Positions 38,386-45,699 of a stretch of 45,699 nt of DNA are shown here, piece by piece. Every line of letters starts with the position of its first letter. Position 1 is the stretch's first letter. Under the pieces are notes generated by a model. It was not told the DNA's origin. It searched no databases and saw only the letters and a program-made list of their open reading frames with translations. Source of the stretch: an uncultured bacterium (GTDB lineage Bacteria; Patescibacteriota; Minisyncoccia; Phycocordibacterales; UBA9973); assembly GCA_903929735.1 (NCBI GenBank), contig CAIYVW010000037.1:1-45699 (forward strand). Reading direction: 5' to 3'. The position numbers and the translations under genes are program-made.

Positions 38386-39144
38386 TTATGGAGTAGTATT
38401 AGTTGGTGGTAATGAAGGATTAGATGGAGCTGCACTTACTGTAGGATTAGTTACATTAGTAGATGGAGTTACTGCATTTGTAGGAGTGTTACTAGGAGTA
38501 GTAGGAACAGCTGGAGAATTAGTATTACCAACAGGTTCACTGATTTTATTTACGATATTATTACTATAAGAAAGTAGAGCTTTATCAACATCAAATGAAA
38601 GACTGAAAGTTACATAATTATTTTTATCTTTAGTTAAATCTGAAAAAATTACGTTTTTAAACATAGCACCTTCTGTTGTATTAAAAACATCTGCCTGAAG
38701 AGCAATGGATTTGTAATCTCGAGCTATACCTGTTAATTTTACTGAAAAGATATTATTAACTGTACTATGTTGAAAAGTTGTGTATTGAATAGAAGTTAAA
38801 GTAAGCTTATTAAGAAGCTCGAATAAAGGAGAAAGAACGATATGATTTTCTAATATTTTCTTTGAAGCACTAGTCCTTTTATCAAAAAGTTCCAACTCTG
38901 CTATTGTATCTTTATCAAAACTGGCTCTTATTTTTAATAACTGTGTATGTAGATCTTCTCTATTTTTATCTAAATAACCCTTATATATAAATAAACCACC
39001 TGCAATTAAAGATACAATTAGAACAAGAGAAAAAGAAAATACAATAGGTATACTTATACTGCTTGTACCATCAACAATACCACTATTATTATTTGAAATA
39101 ATAGGCTTCTTGGGAATAAAAGATGTTTGAAATGAATTCTCCAT
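38386..39144 (-). CDS. pilN: PilN-like protein with a Pro/Thr/Asn-rich tail
   Basis: TSFIPK start, TM, LTGIA; lies between pilM and pilO. Confidence 0.7.
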   Translation of the reverse strand: MENSFQTSFIPKKPIISNNNSGIVDGTSSISIPIVFSFSLVLIVSLIAGGLFIYKGYLDKNREDLHTQLLKIRASFDKDTIAELELFDKRTSASKKILENHIVLSPLFELLNKLTLTSIQYTTFQHSTVNNIFSVKLTGIARDYKSIALQADVFNTTEGAMFKNVIFSDLTKDKNNYVTFSLSFDVDKALLSYSNNIVNKISEPVGNTNSPAVPTTPSNTPTNAVTPSTNVTNPTVSAAPSNPSLPPTNTTP

Positions 39145-39147
39145 AAA

Positions 39148-40296
39148 TTAAGATAACTGCCTTAACGCTAAACCAACAGCAACACTAAACTCTGGTCCAC
39201 TAATTTTTAATATTGGTTCAAGGAATGCAGGAGCTTCAGTTTTAGAAAAAGGATCGCTGTATACTACTTCTGTATGAAAATTTGATACTGCTCTATCCAT
39301 AAGACCTTTCACTAGAGAACCACCACCGGTTAAAATAACTTTACTGATGTTTCTATTATACTTCTTCTGATAAGCAAACACAACATTATTTGTATCTGCA
39401 AAAATATAATCCATAGCTAATCTGATTATGTCTCCTACATTAGGATTACTATTTGAATCTAGTCCGACTTCTCTTTTAAGTTTTTCGGCATCTCCAAAAG
39501 AAATTCCTAGTGACGAAGCAATATTTTTTGTAATATCCCCTCCTCCTCTGTTTACTACATGGAAAACATGGACTACCCCCTCTTCTATTATTGAAAGTTT
39601 AGTTTTTGATGCACCAAAATCCATAAGAAGAACAGGTGCAAGATCGTGACTAAAAGAAGCTCTTATATTACTAAAAATTTCAACTTCAAAAGAATCGGAA
39701 TGTATTTCAGTCTTTTTTAAAATCTCTTGATATCGAGATAATATATCATTATGAATCGCAACAACAAGAACTTCCGTTTTTGTATCTCGAACAATAGGAG
39801 TTGTAGAAGGATTCATAATATTATTTTCTGTAGAATCTACTTCTCTTGGTAATACAAACCAATCTAAACTTACTTCTGAAACAGGGACCGGAATATATTT
39901 GCGTGCTTCTATAGGAATTACCTGAGAAAATTTATCTTCGGTTATTTTGTCTGGTATAGACATAGTAAAAATCAAACTTGAAGATGAAGGTATCGCTATA
40001 GCTCCAGACTTAATTGTTACATTAGATTCTTTCATAACATCAAGCAAAGCTTGTATTATACCTTCAGTCGGTAAATTAGTAACAGATCCTATATCTGATT
40101 TACCGTAGGGTCCTAATGCTATAGCTCCATAAGTTTCAAGTACGGCTTTACCATTTTTCTTTTTAAGCTGAACTACTTTTATAGCTGAAGATCCAATATC
40201 TATACCCAAAACACTAGTATCCTTCTTTTCAGATGTAAAAATATTTGACAAGCTAGCTAGTCCTGATGCAAATACATTTTTAAGCGAATTATCCAT
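39148..40296 (-). CDS. pilM: Type IV pilus assembly protein PilM (ORF extends to 40320)
   Basis: LGIDIGSSAIKVV, EARKYIP, DFGAS, ILTGGGS, AVGLALR. Confidence 0.95.
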   Translation of the reverse strand: MDNSLKNVFASGLASLSNIFTSEKKDTSVLGIDIGSSAIKVVQLKKKNGKAVLETYGAIALGPYGKSDIGSVTNLPTEGIIQALLDVMKESNVTIKSGAIAIPSSSSLIFTMSIPDKITEDKFSQVIPIEARKYIPVPVSEVSLDWFVLPREVDSTENNIMNPSTTPIVRDTKTEVLVVAIHNDILSRYQEILKKTEIHSDSFEVEIFSNIRASFSHDLAPVLLMDFGASKTKLSIIEEGVVHVFHVVNRGGGDITKNIASSLGISFGDAEKLKREVGLDSNSNPNVGDIIRLAMDYIFADTNNVVFAYQKKYNRNISKVILTGGGSLVKGLMDRAVSNFHTEVVYSDPFSKTEAPAFLEPILKISGPEFSVAVGLALRQLS

Positions 40297-40340
40297 AATT
40301 ATTACTTTCCAGTATATCACATATATAGTAAAATTAAGAA

Positions 40341-41015
40341 GTGGAAAAAGTGCTTTTAAAATTAAAAGTCATTTTAAATTTTCTATTAGAGATAATACTT
40401 CCTTCTAAATGTCTTGGATGTAAAAAACGACAAGAAATACTCTGCTCTGATTGTCTTGATAGAATAGATAAAGCAGAAAGAGAGACAGAGAAAGATATAC
40501 TAGCACTTTATGATTACAGAAACCCTATTATTAAAGATGCTATTTGGAAATTAAAGTATTACCATAAAGGTATCATAGGTCAAAAACTAGGACAGGTCTT
40601 ATTCATAGAATTTCTAGAAGAAATATATTCTCTTAAAACTTTCAATGAAGGTAGTCCTATTTATGTTATCCCTGTACCCATCTCTCAAGAAAGGAAAAGG
40701 TCTCGTGGCTATAACCAAACAGAGATTATAGCTAAAAGCTTTTGTAATCAAACAGATAAAAATGTTTTAAAGATTAAAACAAATATTATTTTTAAGAATA
40801 AAAATACAATCCCTCAAGCTAAATTAACAAATAGAAACAAAAGACTAAAGAATATAAAAGGAGCTTTCGAGATCAAAAACCGAGAAGAGATTAAAAATAA
40901 AATTATAATTATAATAGACGATGTTACAACAACAGGAGGAACAATGCTTGAAATTATTAATTTATTAAAAAAATCAGGAGCTAAAAAAGTTATAGGTTTT
41001 GCCGTTGCGCACTAA
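40341..41015 (+). CDS. comF: ComF family competence protein
   Basis: CxxC/CxxC, IPVP, RGYNQ, IIDDVTTTGGT. Confidence 0.9.
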   Translation: MEKVLLKLKVILNFLLEIILPSKCLGCKKRQEILCSDCLDRIDKAERETEKDILALYDYRNPIIKDAIWKLKYYHKGIIGQKLGQVLFIEFLEEIYSLKTFNEGSPIYVIPVPISQERKRSRGYNQTEIIAKSFCNQTDKNVLKIKTNIIFKNKNTIPQAKLTNRNKRLKNIKGAFEIKNREEIKNKIIIIIDDVTTTGGTMLEIINLLKKSGAKKVIGFAVAH

Positions 41016-41099
41016 GAGGTCCAACTACGAGTTTAGACCTATTAAAATTTTGAGACCAATATTGGATATATATAATAAATTTGGTATTCTATACACAAT

Positions 41100-42293
41100 A
41101 TGAGTAAAGACAAAAAGTATTGTGTGGACTGTGGAGGAGCTCAAGTGAATCATAGAGCTGTTTATTTTTCTATATGGTTAAGTTCTATGATCGAACCTTG
41201 GACAAGTTGGATGAATTATTTAATACCTGAAAATAAAATAGAATCAATAGGTCCTGTTTTAATAAAGATTTTAACAATTCTTCGCCTCGGTAATATAACT
41301 AAAAAACCTAACAGTAAAGATAGTGGTAGAGCTCAAGTACTATGGGAAGAAGCAATAAGAAGAGGAATAACAATGGAAGAATTCCATTTGTTTGGAATAG
41401 GAACAGATGTTTTTATTTCAAGATATAAGGGAGAAATGAGATTTTTTGATGTGTTACCTAGAACAAAAGATTATAATCCTAAAGGTTTAGAATGGATGGA
41501 TAATAAAAATGAAATGAAGAAGCATTTTAGAAAAGCTGGTATACCAGTTGCTGCAGGTGGAATAGCAAGTAGTAGAAAAGAAGCTATCTCATTATTTAAC
41601 TCTTTGAATAAACCAGTAATTGCAAAACCAAACCTAGGATCTAGGAGTAGGCATACAACTACCCATATATCTGACGAAAAAGAACTTATTATAGCATACG
41701 ACAAAGCACACCAACTATCTCCTTGGGTAATGATAGAAGAAGAACTTTCTGGATATGTTTTCAGAGGAACTCTAATAGGTAAAAAATTTATAGCCTGTTT
41801 AAGAAGAGAACCAGCCTATGTCATCGGTGATGGAATCCATAATATAAAAGAATTAATTGAATTAGAAAATAAAAATCCTCTACGTCAGGGTCCTATCTTT
41901 CATCAAATATCTCTAGATGAAGAAGCTATAAAAGAACTTACACATTGGAACAAAACACCAGACACAATACCTAATAAGAATGAAGTTGTAACATTAGGAC
42001 AAAAGACTAGTCGAGCAGTAGGAGGAGGAATAACAGATATGACAGAAGTAATACACCCTGACAATATAGCAATGCTAGAAAAAATAGGAGAAGTATTAGA
42101 TGATCCACTAATAGGAGTAGACTTTATAATGGATGATGTATCAATCTCATGGAAAGATCAACCAAGAAGTGGAGTCATCGAATGTAATAGTGCACCTTTC
42201 ATTGATCTTCACCACTTCCCTCTAGTAGGAAAACCTCACAATGTAGCCTCTGCTCTCTGGGATATAATTTATCCAGAATCTAAAATAAAATAA
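41100..42293 (+). CDS. Stand-alone ATP-grasp ligase related to the cyanophycin synthetase/GshF ATP-grasp domain
   Basis: DNK, KPNLGS, REPAYVIGDG..IKELI..EN..R, GVDF, ECNSAP...HHFP..GKP. Confidence 0.75.
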   Translation: MSKDKKYCVDCGGAQVNHRAVYFSIWLSSMIEPWTSWMNYLIPENKIESIGPVLIKILTILRLGNITKKPNSKDSGRAQVLWEEAIRRGITMEEFHLFGIGTDVFISRYKGEMRFFDVLPRTKDYNPKGLEWMDNKNEMKKHFRKAGIPVAAGGIASSRKEAISLFNSLNKPVIAKPNLGSRSRHTTTHISDEKELIIAYDKAHQLSPWVMIEEELSGYVFRGTLIGKKFIACLRREPAYVIGDGIHNIKELIELENKNPLRQGPIFHQISLDEEAIKELTHWNKTPDTIPNKNEVVTLGQKTSRAVGGGITDMTEVIHPDNIAMLEKIGEVLDDPLIGVDFIMDDVSISWKDQPRSGVIECNSAPFIDLHHFPLVGKPHNVASALWDIIYPESKIK

Positions 42294-42329
42294 ATAAAAA
42301 CAGTGGATTTTAATCCACTGTTTTTATTT
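42294..42329. terminator. Bidirectional terminator
   Basis: ATAAAAACAGTGGATT-TT-AATCCACTGTTTTTAT. Confidence 0.65.
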
Positions 42330-42866
42330 ATTATGAATTTTTCTTCCATTTTTAATTATAAACGGATCATCTACTGTGATTTCAGAATCAGGAGCAGTCT
42401 TCCTGTCCATCCTCAAGTGAGATATATGTTTCCTTGAAACTATGTAATCTCCAAGAAACTTTTTAAAATCTTCAATCTTTGATTCTTCGTTTATTTCTAC
42501 AAAGTGCTCAAATGGTTTACTCTCAGGTGTAAATTCATGATGCCCTCTTATTTCCCCATCTTTAAAAACACGAAGATGGTATTGATTATCAAAATCTTCA
42601 AGCTTCCGCCAAGAAAGAACTTGTCCATTATCTTTCCATGCAACGAAGTGGTTACCAAAACCCCATTCAGTATGTAAATGTTTTTCAAGTTCCTCTAAAG
42701 TTTTCCCAGGAGCTAGCCATCCTATATGGTAGGGCTGTCTACCCTTTTCATGCCACACTAAATGCCACTTTAGAAAATGCTTCTGGACCCATGGAAAATA
42801 TCTATATAAATGTTTCCATATATTCTTTTTTATTTTTTGACCCGTAGTCAATTCTACTTTTTCCAT
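42324..42866 (-). CDS. Hypothetical protein
   Basis: 180-aa ORF with ATG start; QYHLRVF..GEIRGHHE His-rich motif. Confidence 0.7.
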   Translation of the reverse strand: MEKVELTTGQKIKKNIWKHLYRYFPWVQKHFLKWHLVWHEKGRQPYHIGWLAPGKTLEELEKHLHTEWGFGNHFVAWKDNGQVLSWRKLEDFDNQYHLRVFKDGEIRGHHEFTPESKPFEHFVEINEESKIEDFKKFLGDYIVSRKHISHLRMDRKTAPDSEITVDDPFIIKNGRKIHNK

Positions 42867-43104
42867 ATAATTATATATTACAAATTATTAACACTATTAC
42901 TACTTGCCATACTATCTACAACATAACTCTCTAGCTTCTTTGACATAAAAGAAAATACGACAATATTGAAAATAATCATAACAGAAACTATTAACCAAGT
43001 TTTATTAAACTGAGGTTTCATACTTCGTATTATATACTAAAACTTAGTATATCAAAATAAGAGCCACAGAATTGTTCTGCAGCTCTTAATTTTAATTAAT
43101 TCGG

Positions 43105-43497
43105 CTAGTTTTTTGACTCTACCGAAAGTGTAGCATGGGGCACGGCACGAAGCCGTTCTTTAGGAATAAGAAGACCAGTTTCTCTGCAAATACCATAGCT
43201 ACCGTTTTCAATTCTTACGAGAGAATCGTTAAGGTTCTTAATGTATTTTTCTAGTCTCAAGACAATCTTTGTTGTCTCTTCTTTTGAGAGAGACTCAGAT
43301 CCTCCATCTCCTGATAAGTCCTTATGGACAGGAGAAGTATCATCTGTGCCATTACCATCTCGGTGACTCAAGCTGTTTTTGTAAAACAAAAGATCTTCTT
43401 TTGCTTTTTTTAATTTTTTAAGGATTAAATCCTTAAACTCTCTCAGCTCATCATAAGAATACCTCGTCTTTGTTCCTTCTTGTTTCAATAGTCCCAT
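43105..43497 (-). CDS. TraR/DksA family transcription factor (single-Cys type)
   Basis: LVRIENGSYGICRETG.LIPKERLRAVPHATLS. Confidence 0.9.
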   Translation of the reverse strand: MGLLKQEGTKTRYSYDELREFKDLILKKLKKAKEDLLFYKNSLSHRDGNGTDDTSPVHKDLSGDGGSESLSKEETTKIVLRLEKYIKNLNDSLVRIENGSYGICRETGLLIPKERLRAVPHATLSVESKN

Positions 43498-43632
43498 TTT
43501 TAAAAAGATTTAAAAAAATCCTAAATTAGATTTTTTATTTGTCAAAATATTAAACTATTTAAGGCTTTTTGTCAAAATAATAAAAAAGAGCAGAATTTTA
43601 ATTCCTGCTCTTTTTTATTATTTAATTTTTAT

Positions 43633-43809
43633 TTAGAAAGAAATCCAATGAGCCAAATAAGCCACAAATAAAATAGAAGCAAGTAATCCCAATATCCCCT
43701 GATATCTAGTAAGAACAGAGATAGCAACTACTGCTATAATAATTTTTATCCAACCCAAAGCAAGGACTGTGCCCCAAACTGTTTGTAATAATATTTGAAT
43801 TGTATTCAT
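43633..43809 (-). CDS. 58-aa small membrane protein not in the ORF track
   Basis: Translated by hand: MNTIQILLQTVWGTVLALGWIKIIIAVVAISVLTRYQGILGLLASILFVAYLAHWISF; followed by a terminator-like IR at 43578-43622. Confidence 0.6.
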   Translation of the reverse strand: MNTIQILLQTVWGTVLALGWIKIIIAVVAISVLTRYQGILGLLASILFVAYLAHWISF

Positions 43810-43884
43810 ATATTTATTGTATCTTAAAAGTAATATTTTGAATAGACTAAAATTAAAAGATTCCTAATATTTTAATTAAAAAAA

Positions 43885-45183
<1,299 letters not shown>

Positions 45184-45199
45184 TTAATTAATAATAATG

Positions 45200-45286
45200 C
45201 GGAACCAGCGAGATTCGAACTCGCGAGGGCTTTTACACCCTGCCTCTTTAGCAAAGAGGTACGTTAGACCACTCTGACACGGTTCC
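45200..45286 (-). tRNA. tRNA-Ser(GCT)
   Basis: GGAACCG/TGGTTCC acceptor, CCTCT-TTGCTAA-AGAGG anticodon arm, long variable arm, G73. Confidence 0.93.
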
Positions 45287-45376
45287 CTTTACTTTGTATA
45301 AAATAACATATTTTAAAACCTTTCCCAAATTAGAAATATTTTGAAAATATATTAAATATGCTAAGATTAGAAAACT

Positions 45377-45512
45377 GGAGGCGTGGATATGAAATATAAA
45401 CTGCTTTATATTTCATCCGTTCAGATACTTTTATCTGAAAAGCTATATGCTTCAAGCATAGCTTTAGGGAAGGGCCCAGGAGGGCGCGAAGACACGATGA
45501 CGAGTGAAACGA
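45377..45512 (+). repeat. Structured insert preceded by a 12-bp copy of the tRNA-Ser 5' end
   Basis: GGAGGCGTGGAT at 45377 and 45513; three hairpins between the copies. Confidence 0.65.
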
Positions 45513-45599
45513 GGAGGCGTGGATGAGTGGTTTAAATCAACAGTTTACTAAACTGTCGAACCTTTACCGGTTCCGTGAGTTCGAATCTCACCGCCTCCG
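45513..45599 (+). tRNA. tRNA-Ser(ACT), rare A34 anticodon
   Basis: GGAGGCG/CGCCTCC acceptor, ACAGT-TTACTAA-ACTGT anticodon arm, long variable arm, TTCGAAT T-loop, G73. Confidence 0.88.
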
Positions 45600-45699
45600 C
45601 ATAACAAGATTTTTATCGCACAAAAGGTCAAATTCCTTTTGTTTATCAATAGTTTTCAGAGGTTCTAACCGTTTACTAATTGCGTTTACCTCTTTTGAA

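Noticed and set aside
38386-38530. Tandem DNA repeat in the pilN tail
   Set aside because: Low-complexity Pro/Thr/Asn coding sequence with no regular nucleotide unit
45490-45512. Hammerhead ribozyme core in GATGACGAGTGAAAC
   Set aside because: Lacks CUGAUGA and the three required stems

Overview
AT-rich bacterial chromosomal window, most consistent with a Candidate Phyla Radiation/Patescibacteria (Parcubacteria-like) genome. That is inferred from a shortened RF2, a secretin-less type IV pilus cluster with ComF, and mostly non-CCA tRNAs. The backbone carries pyrG, ftsEX, prfB, gatAC, ligA, pilMNO/B/T/C/D plus pilins, eno and 8 tRNAs. The main accessory feature is a ~12.0 kb integrative element (10164-22203) inserted at the 3' end of tRNA-Asp with a GCGCA core. 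It encodes a large serine recombinase whose C-terminus changes on integration, a putative rolling-circle Rep, small core genes, an AbiJ-NTD fusion protein, a type III R-M system and a complete diversity-generating retroelement (DGR). The DGR has an RT, an Avd on the opposite strand, TR 20923-21048 and VR 21407-21532, with 19/19 mismatches at TR adenines. Its target is a small soluble protein, and a ~220-nt structured RNA precedes the TR. Two unrelated leaders in the element share one fold, in which a hairpin loop pairs with the downstream segment. Outside the element there are a palindromic in-frame insertion in ligA, tRNA-associated structured elements, a rare tRNA-Ser(ACT) and two pilins with an identical 80-bp 5' block. 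All calls come from reading the sequence and recalled motifs; no database searches were run.
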